DNA of 64,000 nt from Eledone cirrhosa (lineage: Eukaryota), in the NCBI GenBank assembly GCA_964016885.1, contig OZ024742.1, positions 132,928,001-132,992,000 on the forward strand. The letters run 5' to 3'. A model generated the notes under the pieces. The model was not told the DNA's origin. It did not search any database and worked only from the letters and a program-made list of their open reading frames with translations. The position numbers and the translations under genes were made by a program. Shown here in pieces: positions 12,475-29,749 of the stretch (positions are counted from its first letter, which is position 1; each line of letters begins with the position of its first letter).

Positions 12475-15260
12475 CACTCCTTGCAGCGGCTTCTGTTAGA
12501 AGAAAATGTCTCCAACTAGTCCGGCTGGATCCCGAAGCGAGTCAAGCCAAGTTACTGGATGTCATTCAACCATCTTGCCCAGGCCTGTCGGTTGGTTTTG
12601 CCCATAACATCTGTTCACCAATTTTTCCTGAGACATTGTAATTACATGTCTCTAGTATCGAATCTTAGATCTCTCAATTCGGAGTAGTAACGGATCTACA
12701 TGGAGTGCCTCTCTGTATCCTACACACTCTATCAAGTAACGTTACTCCAATGACCTTTCGGAGCAACCCAGTTCGGCCGCTTGTATTCGCGCTCGTATTC
12801 TTTTGGTCATTAACCAAGATTCATGATGGTAAGTTAATGGTTGGTACGAATACCGAATTGAAGATAGCGAGTTTGTCTTTTAGTCCTACCTCCCATTTTC
12901 TGTTTATCGATTGTTGAAGCTAGTACATTACTGCAAGAACTTCTGCAATTCTTACACTGTATTAAGAATCCTGCTATCCATCTCTTGTGAACACTGTATG
13001 GGGATAATTAAACACCTCCACGTGCTTCAGTGGAACTTCTGTTATATGTAGAGTGCATTACGTAGGCTTCCTTGAAAGGAGGAGTTTTTGCAGCACTGAT
13101 TTTCATTCCAGCCATGCATCTCCTGCAACTATACCCCTTCCACCCCAACTACACATGTAAATGCTATTCATGAAAAAATGAACAGGAGAGGTGACAGTAG
13201 CCAACGTTGGTGGAGTCCGACTCCCACATTGAATGGTTTCAATTTAACACCATTTATTCCAACAGAAATACTCGGGTATTCGTATAGAGACATCAGGGCA
13301 ACAAGAAGCCTACCATCCATCCCACATCTTGTCTCAGGAATGCGGTCATATGCCTTTTTGTGGTCTACAAAACAAGAATATACCTTTTGTCACAGCTCAC
13401 ACGATTTCTCGAAGACCTGCCACATTGTGAATATTTGGTCGGCTGTGCTTCGTCCAGGGCGGAAATCATACTGATTCTCAGCTAGCTAGGACTCGATAAG
13501 CTTCCTACATGTATTTGCCAGAAACTTATCTTAGACATTACCGGGGAGGCTTCACAAGGAGATCCGCCTGTAATTTTAACAATAACTCTTTAGGATTATC
13601 ACTCACGATTACCTTTGCTTAGGTGCCTTTTCAGAGATCCAGACCTGCTGGAACACACGAGACAGCCAGATAGTATATCTTCTCTATTTAGGTCTTTCAT
13701 CATTGCTGGTGGTATTACATCTTCTATGGTGGCCTTGCCACATTGGAGCTCTCTAACTTCTCTTGTGACCTCAGTCTCCCAGAGATTAGTCACAGCTCCC
13801 AGATGCACCGCTTGTACGTCAAAACATCCTGTGGTGATCGGGTTTAGGAGTTGAGCAATATTTTCTCCCTACCTCGTGCGAATAAACCTGTCTAAAAAGA
13901 GAACTCTAGACGCGTTCCTCATAGCAGATGTGGAGGAGGGCTTCTTATGACGAAGTCGGCGGATAGTCTGCCAGAACACCCAAAGTTCACCCATGTCATA
14001 ACTTTGAACAGCCTACTGTCTCTGATGCGATTATTTGTGCCTGCTTGTACCGCAAGTACAAGAAGGGGTACTTATTTCCAAGCCAAATGTTGTAGGCCTC
14101 CTTATTTGCTCGGATGGCATATGTGACCGCTTGATTAATTTAAGGGCTCCACCCGCCAACCGGCGCTACAAAATCCACTTTTAACAGCTAAAGCAGAAAC
14201 TGCTATCCTGAACAATCTCCACTTTATCCCAATGTCCTTAGATACTCAATGAGTTCTCTGAATTTGAATGCAATATCATCGGCATATCTGGTCTTGACTT
14301 CCTTATCAAGCAACTTTTCCCACTTTATCTTGTGTGGCGTCGTTGACCTGCCAGTTTTGTGACATCGTTTGTCTTTTTGTAGTCTCAAGTTTCAGATAAC
14401 TTGTTTGGGATCAATTGACAGCTCAGTCTCGCTCTTAATATCCAACACAGAATCAACGACATCTGAGACTATAACAAAATAAATTATTGATCTCTGGCCA
14501 CGATTCAACCATGTATATTTATGGATGTCTCTGAGCTGGAAGGTGTTCATAATAGAGTCCATTGCTAGAACAGAAGACTAATATGAACCTCTGCTTTCAT
14601 ATGTAAATTGGAATCGCCATTCCTACCAATCATTAATTTCGGTGTCAGGTGGTCAGTGTCAACATGTGCATTACATTCTCAGATTAGTATGTATGAATCA
14701 AACATCTAACGCTGTCGTGAATTCATCAAGAAAGGATCTGTAATCAGACTCCTTGTTTGGTACATAAACTTGCACCTCCCACTGGCAAATCCTCCCTATC
14801 CAGTCCATAGTCTGGTATCCAGTCCATATTCTGGCAGACAGAGGCTTGGTAGTATGCCTACTCACACATGTGCAGTCCGTTTTGGCGCCAAACCTGAATA
14901 GTGGGTTTTCCATCCTCCATCCTTATCTACAGAAACAGAGCCAGGGAACTTTGTTGAGCTAATCCTGACTATATCTAGCCGGTCGCCTCAAGCTTCCGCT
15001 AGTTCCTGCTCATTAACTTTGAGGATTTCAATGTTCCAGGTTCCAATTGTGAAGCTTTGCTCTATTTGGATCGCTATTTGGGGTTTTAGGCTACGCAATG
15101 TTGTGCGTCCACCCCACGCCTCCCAGGAGAGTACGTAGACCCATCGCCAGTTTTTTGTGGCGTGAAATGGAGACTGCTATGTACTTTTCGAACAAATCTT
15201 CTTTCTAAGGCCTGAATGCGTCCCCTCTAAACCAACAGGAAGGGTGCAGCTACATGGTTC
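12475..15260 (-). mobile_element. RTE-clade LINE, near full length but decayed (APE and RT)
   Basis: Minus strand: TIGTWNI (APE start, ~15050), FRPGRSTADQIFT, CFVDHKKAYDRIP, LLSPLLFIFFMN and a C-terminal R..W.D box; many stops and frameshifts. Confidence 0.85.
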
Positions 15261-15449
15261 GTTTTCGTTTCTCTCAGCATATTGTAGTTTTAGTGATAAT
15301 ATTCTCATCAGTCACCAATCAGGTACTTTCTAAAAATTGCAAAAACTAGGCTTTTTAAGAGACGGCCTTTACTCGCCTCATCATAGCAATTTCTTCGGGT
15401 TTTGAAAGATTTTGGGGAGCTAGAGCTGTAACTTATTGCTCCATCTCCC

Positions 15450-15590
15450 TGTTAGAACGTCGGAATATAATGCTTTATGGAATTTGTTCCGGCTCTCTAC
15501 TCCCTGACTTCAAATAACGCCGAGATCAACTTTGCCCTTCATCATGTCAAGGGCGATAACAAAGTACCAGTCTAGTACTGGAGTCGATCC
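15450..15590 (+). mobile_element. tRNA-derived SINE (diverged)
   Basis: cttcaaataacgccgagatcaactttgcccttcatc..cgataacaaagtaccagtctagtactggagtcgat. Confidence 0.7.
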
Positions 15591-15950
15591 TTCCTCTATA
15601 TCTCTCTTTGGTTTCCTCTCTCTCACTTTCTATTTTTGTCTGGAAGAAATCTGCTGTACTCAGGCCTAGAGATGGAAGTCTTAATCTCCGCTTTTAATCT
15701 CCTCATTTTCCAAAGGTGTTTGGAAGATGCCAGCTTGAGCTGTCGTCTCTTGGCGATGTTGAGAGGATTAATAAGAAAAGATTTGTGTAGTCGAGTGACG
15801 ATTGAGGATATTATTGTAGTGGGATTCCACCAATCGTAAGAAACTTTCAATAAAATCATGTCTTGCCGGATTGTGTTAGAACTCAGGAAAATCATTTGAG
15901 TATTGATATGAGAAATTATTATTATACGCATATGTAGATACATACATAAT

Positions 15951-15977
15951 TACACACACGCACACGCACACACACAA

Positions 15978-16064
<87 letters not shown>

Positions 16065-16225
16065 CACACACACACGCACATATATATACACACATATATA
16101 TATATATATATATATACATATATACATATATGTATATATACATATTTATACATACAAACACGAACACACACGCACACACACACATACACACACATACACA
16201 CCCACATACACACACATATATATAT
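15951..16225. repeat. compound (CA)n/(TA)n microsatellite
   Basis: Alternating CA and TA tracts. Confidence 0.95.
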
Positions 16226-16227
16226 GA

Positions 16228-19003
16228 AAATAGGCAGAAAAAAGACGATTTTTAGGAAGAAAAATATTTTTTTTTCCTTTTATTTATTTCTCTTTTTTCT
16301 GAGTTAGAAAATGTTTAAAACAAAATATTTTTACTTTGTGTGAAGTGTTAAGGTATTAGTTAATTGATTTATTAATTAACAATGGCATTTATTTATTTAT
16401 TTATATATTTAATAATTGTCTACTACCGGTTTCAGCATTTTATGCATTATCAAAGGGAGGTATTTGCATTGGTGTAAAATGTTGATGATGTTGAACATGT
16501 TAAGGAAATGGAGAAAGAATAATAATATTTACAAACAAGGTTTTTGAAGTGAAAAGAAAAAAGAAAAAAAAAGAGGGTTGTAATGGGAAAGAAAAAAATA
16601 ATATTATTTAGAGGCATAGTTCTTGAGGGTAAGCAGTTAAAAATGTGTTATTATGGCAAGAGTGCTTAATTGATCCATGATAAAGGCAAATGGTAGTCTG
16701 GGGTTTCATACTATTTCCCTTTTTAGAGAGTTAATATGCAGGGGGAGGTAATTAAGGGTGGTCATGTAGGGAGAGAGAAATGAGAGGGGTAATTCATTTA
16801 TATACGAAAAGGGATTAGGTAGGGTGTTAGGGAGGTAACTCTTTAGAGAACACAGGTATTTGGTTTTGGTTCATTGTTCGTTCCAGTTTTAGTTTAGTCC
16901 ATTAAGTTGAGGTTGGAATTTGTTAATGAAGTACGTTTCATTATTGGTACGATGTATGAAAGAAGAGTTGTCTATGAATTTGTAAATGAGGAAAGTTTTA
17001 AAGTTTGGATGTTGTTTAGGTGTACAATTGGCGATATGTTCACTAACAGCAATCTTTCTGTATTCTTGTATTTTGATCTGTGATCGATGGACGGGCATAC
17101 GTTGTCGGAGGCTACTTTTTTCGACTGTCCTATGTAGTGCTCTTGACAACCTGAGCAGATCAAAACATAGATTAGGTTTTCAGATGCACATGTGAAGTTG
17201 TGTTTAACTGTGAAATGTTGTCCTTGTTTAAAATGGAATGTTGAACCTTCTATTAGATGTATGCATATACCACAGTTGGGCCTTCCACATTTTTTTACTG
17301 TAGGGTTCATTGTGAGGGTTGGTTAGATTTTGGCTTGTGTGAGGATGTTTTTTTTATGGATTTAGGTTGTCTTTTGCTCTCTATGATGTTATGTGTTTGG
17401 AGGATTTTGTTCATTCGTGGGTCTCTTTTTAGTAAAAGAATGTTCTGGAGGATGGTGTCGAATGCCTCATTGTTGAGGGGGTTGTTCTTAGAGATGCATG
17501 GTAGAGTTTTCTGTTGCGGTTCATTCCTCGGTTTGGGGTGTGTGAGTTCCTGAATGTTGAGTTTTACAGCACGTTGGAATCCATTGTTGATTAGGGATGG
17601 TGGGGAGTTTCTGCCGATAAGTGTGTTCTTTAATTCTTCTCGTCGGCTGTAGCACGTGTATTTATCTGAAACTATTGTGCGGATCCTTCTGGCTAGGTTA
17701 TAAGGAATTGTCATGTTGGTATGGCGAGGGTGTCACGAGTTAAATGGAAGATATTGTTTGGAGTTTGTGGGTTTTTAATATATGTCTGTTTCTATTTTTT
17801 TGTTCTACATGAGGATGTCGAGGAAAGGGAGTTGTTCATGGCTGTAATCCATTGTAAACTGTAAGTTTGTGTTGAGTGCATTTATAAGGGTTTTAAACAC
17901 AATCATTCTCTTATACTTTCATGCCAGAGAATGAAGCAGTCGTCCAGATATCTGTTCCAGTTTTTTCTATGTGTAGTTAGAAGTGGTTACCGTATTTGTC
18001 TAGAACTTTACGGTATAGAGTTGTTTCCAAATATCCCATGGTAAGGTTGTCGTATGAGGAGGGAGGGCTACATTCCAGAAAGAGGAGAGAGAGAGATAGA
18101 GTGAGAGAGAGAGCAAGCGAGAGAGAGAGGGTCATACAGAATACTAGGGCCTACACGAGTATAGAGATTGAGACAAATAGCCTTTTTGATAATTCGGGGT
18201 CTGTGTCGAGATAATAGGAGTGATCAACAGTCGCAAATCTCTGAATATACACAGTAATTTTATTGGCAACCCAGCCTTAACTGATTCTCATGGATTCTGC
18301 CATCTTACCCTCTGTTTTCCCTTCCGTATCTTGTAACATTTCGATCAAGTTCGGTGAATCCTTGTTAACCCTGTGACACCGTTAAATACTGAGGTTTCAC
18401 CGTTAAATACTGAGTTTGCTGAGGTTTCATTGTTAAAATTTCCTTCAAGAATTTTGCCTATTAAGAGGAGCTAATAGTTGTTGAAGTGTATTGGTGACTG
18501 GAGACATCTCTGCTGAATTTCGGCCGCTCGATGGAAACGCCACTATATTTGCTTTGACGACAGTATAATATACTAGATGCTTTCTAAGACAACTGGCTGT
18601 TAAATTCAGTCTGGAACACATTGCATTTTTTACTACTCTCGATCATTCTAATATCAATTAAAGCAGAATTACAGAAAAAAGCAATCAGGTTTGAAATGAG
18701 ATGCTGAAGAAAAATCATTGGCTTCGCTTCTAAAGAGCGCGCACGTAGCGGATGTTTCCGCACCCCTACCTATCAGGCAACATGTCGGCAACTGGAATCG
18801 GTAATTGACAATTATTAAATAAATTAATTAATAAATAAATAAATAAATGCTATTGTTAATTAATAAATAAATTAACTACTACCTTCACACTTCACACAAA
18901 GTAAAATATTTTGTTTTAAACATTTTCTAACCCAGAAAAAAAGAGAAATAAATAAAGGAAAAAAAAATAATTTCTTCCTAATAATCGTTTTTTTCTCCCT
19001 ATT
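16228..19003 (-). mobile_element. Neptune-like Penelope element (RT C-terminal half and GIY-YIG with CCHH), bounded by inverted pseudo-LTR arms
   Basis: Coding remnant 16889-18070: NLTMGYLE, WNRYLDDCF, IPYNLARRIRTIVS, KCGRPNCGIC, NLIYVLICSGCQEHYIGQS, H..SEH..C, INKFQPQLN. 16228-16435 is an inverted copy of ~18792-19003. Confidence 0.9.
16420..16457 (-). ncRNA. minimal hammerhead motif, U3-A8 core variant
   Basis: Minus strand: ccct-TTGATAA-t gcat aaa atgc t-GAAA-CCGG-TA; palindromic CCGG in place of helix III; helix I poor. Confidence 0.5.
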
Positions 19004-19029
19004 ATATATGGTGGGAAAATACGATATAT

Positions 19030-19216
19030 ATATACACTTGCTTACAATCCGTGAAAAATCTTTTCCTGTTCTTACTCTCGTTTACAGTATTATTCTTTCT
19101 TGTAATTCCTATATTTAATTCATCTTCTGATGAAGGGTTAATGACGGAAACAGAAAGACTCGTTTTCTTCTATATCAAGCGTTTCCGTGTTTTGTTTATA
19201 TTACATTTTGCTCAAA
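19030..19216 (+). mobile_element. short pLTR-like fragment with degenerate hammerhead motif
   Basis: tctt-CTGATGA-agggttaatgacg-GAAAC-agaa-aga at ~19123-19158; the GUH triplet is mutated; lies between microsatellites. Confidence 0.4.
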
Positions 19217-19254
19217 CACACGCACACATACGCACGTTACACACGTACACACAT

Positions 19255-19400
<146 letters not shown>

Positions 19401-20938
19401 ACGTTACACACGCACACACACACACATAAGTATATATATATATATGTGTGTGTGGGTGTGTATATAGGGTCTCTCTCTTTGTGTATGTGTTTGTAGACTG
19501 AAAAATTATTAGAAACGAACTAAGTAGTAGCTATATGTTTATTTTCAAAACGGATGAATCTAGATTGTCTTGCTACTCATCATCCTTCTGCAAATTTATC
19601 CTGAAACTATTTTACCTGAAAACATTAATATCGAACATCTTAAATAAAAAAGGATTTCCTGATTAACTACCATGAGTCAAACCTATTTCAATATTTTAGA
19701 AAATACTTCACTTTTCCACAAGTGAATGCATGCATACATTCAAGTATGCAAAATTACATAAATACGTTCATTACACATTCACACACACATACACACACAA
19801 ATATACACACACACATACACACACAAATATACACACACACATACACACACACATATATATATATATATATGTATACTACCCCGCCACAGCATTTACTACA
19901 TCTGCACATTTTCTAGGCATTTGGTTAATAAATATACACTTCATCAATTTGTCTTTTCCCAACTTTCTTTCGTCAGAAACATCGGTCCATATAAGTCAAA
20001 GAAAACTCTATCGGTGTAATATATGCTTTATTATATCTACGTAGTTTTGCCTGTTATTCCAGTTCCAAGAATTTAAGGGCACTTCTGAAACTGATCCTAT
20101 TAAGAACGAAACGGCTAGCAGTTCAATCACTAGAATAATTTAATAGCCATAAGAAAACACATTTATAAGTACACACATATAACAGTGAGTGCTTAGGTAT
20201 GTTTGTATCTTTGTGTTTGTGTCTAATATTATCTCCTTCTCCTCGTTTTCTCCCTCTCTTTCTTAGCTTTCGGTAATCCCATCTCTAGAGTAATCTACCA
20301 GTGTTGAATTTGTATTAAGCAAAATACAAAGTAAATTATTAGATAAACAACAGCGACAACAACAATCAGAAAAATAATAAGAAAAATTATGAGAAAAATA
20401 ATATGAAGAACAATTAGAAGAATAGCAACAACTACAATGCCAAAACAGCAGCAACAACAACAACGACAACATTAAACCTAATAGCAAGCATAATATTTTA
20501 ACATCAAATACCGTAATAAAATAATACGAAACGACAAGAAAACAACAGGAGCTACAAACACCATCGATACAAAGGAACTAAGAAAAATTAGGATGGAAAA
20601 TATCTGAAAAACAAACAATAAATAATTAAAGAAAAACTAGCAGTAAGATTAATAGTAATAACAAAAATAACAACATTAATAAATATGAAGCAATTATACG
20701 AACAAAGCAAGTAGAAAATAATAGCTATGACAACAACAGCAACTAAAATAGATGACAATTCTAATAAACAAGAGAACAAGACAAAGCGATATTTGTCACG
20801 ATAGAAAGAGAAAGAACGTGAGAGAGAGAGAGATAGGGAGATAGACAGAGAGAGGAAGTGAGAGAGAGAGAGAGAGAGGATGAAAGATAGGGATACGGAA
20901 ATAGAATAAGAGATATATAAATATATATATGCATATGT

Positions 20939-21039
<101 letters not shown>

Positions 21040-21310
21040 AAATTTTAAAAATTACCATAAACTTTCAAAGCTTAATTGTTTCCTTGCAAGGAACAAAAGC
21101 ATACATTTTAAAGCAGCAATTTTTTCTATCTTTTGTGCATTTTACTGTTTCTGTTTACTAATTGTGGAATCTAAAAATTGAATTCTTCTCTTAATTACCA
21201 TCATAATAACAATAATTAATGGAAAAATTCAAAATAATCGTGTCTCACATTCCTTCATAGTGTCTGTCATAATATTAGTCGATCTCTTTTTCATTCCCTT
21301 TCTCCCTCCG

Positions 21311-21749
<439 letters not shown>

Positions 21750-21905
21750 ACGCCCTGCTATGCCAAGTATCGAGTAATCTGTTGAATCTTACTATTTAAA
21801 AAAGTGGTATAATACCGATCTCTCTCTCCTCAATCTCACTCTCACCTCTTCCTGTCTCGCTATCCTTCTCTCTCTCTCTCCCTCTCTCTCTCTCTCTCTC
21901 CCCCC

Positions 21906-21954
<49 letters not shown>

Positions 21955-21955
<1 letters not shown>

Positions 21956-22935
21956 TAGAGCGGGTAAAATTCCCGAGATCCATGGACGAGTTCTCACCAG
22001 CGGTCTCTGTCCCTCATTATCGCTGCCATGTCCTGCGTTTCCAACAGACCAGTCCCTGTCCTTAGGGCATCAACATACATTAACCTTGGTCTTCCTCTTC
22101 CATTGTGACCATATAGGGGCTCCCACGGGTGCACTGAGTGCAATGTCAACTCTGGATGTCGGTGAGCATGTCCAGTTAACCTCAGTCTCCTCTGTCACTT
22201 TTGAGCTGATGTTTGGGAGGCTCCCATACAGCTCTGAGTTTTTCATCCTCAGTGTATACTGATTAATGTTCAGAGCCATCCTCAGCATTCTTGTGTAGCA
22301 CCCATCCACCATCTGAGTGAGTTTATTCGTCAGTGTCGAAGTCTCATACCCGTACAGCAGCACAGACTCCACTACTGCAATGAAGAGGCGGATTTTCAGG
22401 TATTTACGTAAGTCCGACTTCCACACCGATCTCAAGTTGTGGCACGCCGCCCAGGCTTTGCTCTTTCTCTCAACCACATCATCTTCCGTATTCCCAAATA
22501 CAGGAAATCCTCAACCAATTCTAGCGGCTTCCCGTCTACATTACTGATCCCCTCTGGCTTCTCAATATTCTCTACCAGATATTGTTTTAGTCTCATTCAT
22601 TCTCTTCCCCACACCCATCGACACAGTCTCAACCTCGTGCATCAAATCCTCTGCCTCCTTCACTGTATTTGTCCCCAAAACTATGTCGTCGGCAAATTCA
22701 GCATCCGATATCTTTTTAGCCTTAACTATCCTGCTCTGAGCTGGTGCTACAGTAAATCCAGAGTCTTGGTGTTTCTCCAGGGCAAGGCGCATACAATAGT
22801 CTACTACAATGATAAAAAGGTAGGGAGCCATTGTATCTCCCTGGAACACTCCAGGCAGTGTCTCAACGAACTCTGTCATCCCATCAGGTGTAATGACTTG
22901 GGCTTTGGTGTTGGTGTAGAGCAATTATATCAGGT
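21955..22935 (-). mobile_element. RTE-clade LINE 3' part (RT motifs B-E and C-terminus)
   Basis: LYTNTKAQVITPDG..GVFQGDTMAPYLFIIVVDY..EFADDIVL; VESVLLYGYET..DGCYTRMLR. Confidence 0.9.
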
Positions 22936-22939
22936 ACAC

Positions 22940-23818
<879 letters not shown>

Positions 23819-23880
23819 TTATATACACTCTGCCTGATTGATTTGGTTCCAACTCCAATAATTCACAGTACAAACCATAT

Positions 23881-23915
<35 letters not shown>

Positions 23916-24859
23916 ATATGTGTGTGTGTGTATGTGTGTGTGTGTGTGCGTGTGTGTGTGTTGTGTCTGTATGCGCGCGTGTGTGTGTGTGTATACAGTA
24001 TATATACATATATATGCAAGTGCCAGAACATACTTCAGAGGTTTTTTGTCAAATAAAATTGTTACCTTGGCTGATACTCGTATTCACTATAGATACACAC
24101 TCTATTTTATATATGTATAATTTGAAAGTTGTTGGACTAGAACATTGCAAGTGTATAAATTTACTGTGGGCATCCGACAATTTTAACACCTCTCCGTTGC
24201 TTTCATTATTGATTTCGATATGTTTTATCTAATCTATCTACATTTCCTTAATTTTCCAAAACTTTTCGTAATTTGCTGTTTCGGAAATATTTCACAATGA
24301 AACTAACGTACGTAGAAAATTAATTTCATAAAACTAAACTACGTTATTCACCACCAAATTTAAAATATTTAAATACTACAAAATGGTAACATATCAGAGA
24401 AATATACACTAACTATGAAATCGGAGATGTTATGATTATTACTACTGTTGTAGATGTGCTGTGTATTAAACTTTCATATCCGTTCATCCAAAACATGTAT
24501 TATCAAAAGCGTTTCTAGAAAAGCATGAACCTGTGTGATGCATCTTGTTTGGATTAGTATAATTTTACTATTTTAAGGTTCCACCAAATATGATGTATCT
24601 ATTTTCATTTCCATAACCAGGTCACCTCTCTTTATTGTTGTATTCCATATTGTAATTTGTAACACTATTGCATTTCTCTCGATCCTCGCGATCAACAAGT
24701 ACCAATAAAACAAACATTGGATTTTTTATCAATTGATGTTCTATTAGACAACACAACAAAATGTATCTGTTTTGTGATTCTATTTGTTTTCTTATGTTTA
24801 ATAATACTTAGCTATCGTATATGTCATTTACACAAGTTTACTATCTTATCTGACAGTTG

Positions 24860-25100
24860 CATTAGCTGGAGGTGATTTTGTCTTGCCTGAGATCTTTGGG
24901 AATATATATATTTTTATTTTTTGAATCTTGAATATGTAAACCATGATTCGGTACCATAAATACATGTGACGAAGAGGAATATGTAAAAAAATCATTGTAT
25001 TGAGCATTTCGTTTTTCCCAGTAATATATTATGTAATAATCTTTACTAAGACGGTGATTTAGGATTTGACAGATCTGAGATTTGGCTGCTATTCCTAAAA
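24860..25100 (-). mobile_element. possible very decayed LINE RT C-terminal fragment
   Basis: Minus strand CIYGTESWFT resembles the LYGxExW box of RTE-type RTs; little else is recognisable. Confidence 0.3.
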
Positions 25101-26395
25101 CACCATTGGCATATGGTAGGCGTGTAAAATCTACACATATGGTATTTGTGTACATTTATTATCAAAATCCTTCTAGAACGTAAGGTCGTTTTCTATAATT
25201 TGATTGGAATTTAGCTGATAATTCTAGTATGTCAAGGCACTACCTTGGCATGCGGTAGTTGCGCCGGAAGAGATGGCTAAGTTATTGTACGTTGTCGTAA
25301 AGGTTTGGTTGCTGTATCAATCCCTACCTCCATTTCTACAACTAAAGATAATAATAAATTTATCTAAAAATAAAGTGTTTACATTAAACAATTAATTCAA
25401 ACGAATACTATACTACAAAAATATACAACGTAAGCCACTCTAACTAAAGCAAATGTGAATTCTTATAATAGTCGGCACTACATATATGTACGTATATACA
25501 TACATATATGCTTACATGATGGCTTTCCCCTCGTTATCGAGTATGGCCATTGCATGATATACCATTATAAATAATTATTAATTAATTCTATGGTGCAATG
25601 CTTGTGCATGAAGATATTTTTTATTAAAGTGAGGAAAGACTCTGCACTGAACCAATCCCACTCTCTGAGCGGCAGTAGCTATAACCGGAAAAGAAGAAAA
25701 GATCAACATCATCGGTAATAACTGAGCCGCAGGTTTTATATCGGAGTCATCCCAGTTTCCTGAGTTGCCTTCTCCTAGAAGAATGCCCTGACAAAGGGTA
25801 GTGTCTTTCATTCCCAGTGGTTTAAACGTGCGGTACATGTGTATATACATATTTACACACTTTTGGATGGCCGTTGACTCTTATGAGTTCAAAGGGCGGA
25901 AGAATATGCATACATGCATATATGCATACAAACATATATACATACAAACATACATACATGTATATATATATATATATACGTACATACATGCATAAATGCA
26001 CGGATACATACATAAATACAAAGAAATACACGATCAAACAAATATACATATATACATTACATGATACGTCATCGGTTAATATTAAGGCGGATATTCAGTT
26101 GTTCGTTCAAGTCAGTGAATTGGCGTGAAATAAGGTGAGGTTTCCGCGGAAACGAACCCTATTAAAATAATTCTCAGGTTAAATCTGCGTGATAAAATAC
26201 GCGACAATACTTGATCTTTGCATTACAAATTCAATCTTATGTATCAATAGAATATCACCGGACTTAATATCATTTGCAAGATATATCCTCCCATGAGACT
26301 ACAAAAATATAACAGGTGTCCATTATGCCACATATTGGGATGAAATGTAAAACCTCAAGAGCAACACCGTTGATTTTATATATATATATATATAT

Positions 26396-26530
26396 TGTTA
26401 TACTTGGGGAGGGTCATATTGTAAAAATATTGCCATAAATAATAACAGAACAGACTCACTTTTTGGTTGGTTTTCGCTTCTATATCTTTTACATCTCCAT
26501 AGCTAATGTATTTCGCCATCAACGTTTATA
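26396..26530 (+). mobile_element. partial second copy of the 412-598 element (left end only)
   Basis: tgttatacttgggggagggtcatattgtaaaaatattgcc..ttggttggttttcgcttctat; starts at the same TGTTATA after (TA)n. Confidence 0.75.
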
Positions 26531-26612
26531 TTATATATATATATATTAGACTAAATATGTCATGTCTGAGAATATCTGAAGCACGGGCCATACCATTTAT
26601 GGAATATATGTG

Positions 26613-26670
<58 letters not shown>

Positions 26671-26892
26671 TATATATATATATATATTATTTCTGAAGAC
26701 AGCATGTATATGTGTAGGTATGTATATTCCCTCTGATAGTTTGTATAAATATTGTACATAGATCTATAGAATATGCATACCAACTCTAACACATATATAT
26801 CCTAGAAACGATCGTAAAATGATGAATATTTTTTCATATAAGGAATTGTTTCTTTGTTTATTCATTATTTTTTTTATAATTTATATATATAC

Positions 26893-26970
<78 letters not shown>

Positions 26971-27589
26971 GGTATCAGTAGTTGGACTGCGGCCATGACG
27001 AGAAACTGACTTAAAATCTAAATGGTTCATATGCACACCAGTATTTGTTTAAGGACTGGGCAAACAATATACGAAAAAGAAAACAATAATACATGCATTT
27101 ATTAAAGTAGGCAAAATATGGTAAATGGCAGCCTTTAAATTTGTCATCCCACTCATGACTTCCCTGTTTTTCTTTCTCACACATATATTCATTCTCTTTC
27201 ACTCTTGTTCTCCAAAAATTCTTCCCATCTCCTATCCACCACAATGATTCTCTCTTTTACATCATGATGTTTAACATTTAGCATGATTTTAAATTAATTA
27301 CACAACAACAACAGCAACAACAAAACAACACTGGTTTCAATTTTTATCAATGTTAAAGTAAATTTGTATTACAATCACATAAAATAGTAGCAACACATAT
27401 TGAATATATATTATGAAAAAATTGGAAATCATGCAAGACATAAATTTTAAAAAGTAAGAGATATTCAAGGAGGTAGAATAAAATTATAATTGTTTCTTTG
27501 TTAGCCATGTTTGACTTCACTATATGCATAGAAATTGAGGTTACAAATACTATATGTGGTGGTATGTATATCAGATACCTGATGCAAAT

Positions 27590-28200
<611 letters not shown>

Positions 28201-28294
28201 GAGAGCGAGAGAGAGAGAGAGACATATATATATATACACCCCCATATACACACATATATATATGTGTGCGTATGTTTGTGTGTAAATGTATAAT

Positions 28295-28327
<33 letters not shown>

Positions 28328-28600
28328 CTGTGTGTGTGTTAATGTGTGTTGGTGCGCGTTGAAAGAGTGAGAGAGATTGAGAGTGAAATAGAATTTAGAA
28401 ATGATGAAGTTTATACGCACATGTATAGGAACAATTCTGTGAGATTAGAATTGTAAAAATATTACCAGTAATAAAGCAACAACGCTAATATTGCATTCCT
28501 AGACTCACATATACGTACTTCTCAATACAACTTAAACACACAAACGTATAAAGCGTATGTACTCACTCAAAGATTGTAAATATATATATATAATATAAAT

Positions 28601-28721
<121 letters not shown>

Positions 28722-28814
28722 CACACAAGGAGAAACAGTTAGCCAGTTTTAAGCTCATATCCTCTCAGACCACACACACACACACAAATATGCACACACA
28801 GACACACACACACT

Positions 28815-28846
<32 letters not shown>

Positions 28847-28900
28847 ATATATATATGTGTATATATATGTATATATATATATATCCATACATATATACAT

Positions 28901-28993
<93 letters not shown>

Positions 28994-29693
28994 TATATAT
29001 ATATAATTATATAGGGAATGATGTGAATATAAAACGAAATGTATGCTTAAATATTCTAAGCAATTTGCATAACAATTAAAAAGTGCAAATCAAAGAGATT
29101 GTTTTGCCTTCTACATACGATGAATAAATAAATATTTCTTTTAAACATCTTTCATTTCAGAATAATCGATAGAAATATTAACTATTGTTGACCCTTTAAA
29201 TATTCTGCTGAAACCAACACAGATGAGATATTATCAACTTGAGACTCTCCATGTATTTAAAATAGCTTTAATGATTTCTGTAGCTTTAGCGGTTTCGAGA
29301 TAACACCGTATGCATTGTTTGTTATGAAATATAGTATGCATTATTAAGTAGGTATATGTATCTATATATATCTAAACGTGTCATATGATTTTGTGTGACA
29401 GAGATTTTGATTCTTATGACCAGTTAACATTACAAACCTAGGATGGTTAAGTAGAGACCTTGTAGAGTAGGACACTAGATTGATAAAATAGACATATTGA
29501 TAGAGTGAGATATAGAGAGATATAGAGGGAGAGAAAATGAGGTATATATATATACATGTAAAGTTATATTTAAAATTGTTGGGTTACAACTAGTAAATAT
29601 TTATAACTGATATAAAAGCACTCGACAAATATTTGGAGTATATTTACAATATTAAATAAATGGAAAACTATATTTATAAAACCATATCTATTT

Positions 29694-29749
29694 CATTATA
29701 TATATTTCGGGGATATCATATTAACAATATGCTATGCCTTCATCAGACA
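29694..29749 (-). ncRNA. minimal hammerhead (left-arm copy)
   Basis: Reverse complement of 31434-31489. Confidence 0.62.

Noticed and set aside
15255-15315. CTGATGA...GAAAC on the minus strand upstream of the RTE, and a possible HDV-like fold in its 5' UTR
   Set aside because: No UH triplet or helix I; P1 and P2 of an HDV fold could not be completed.
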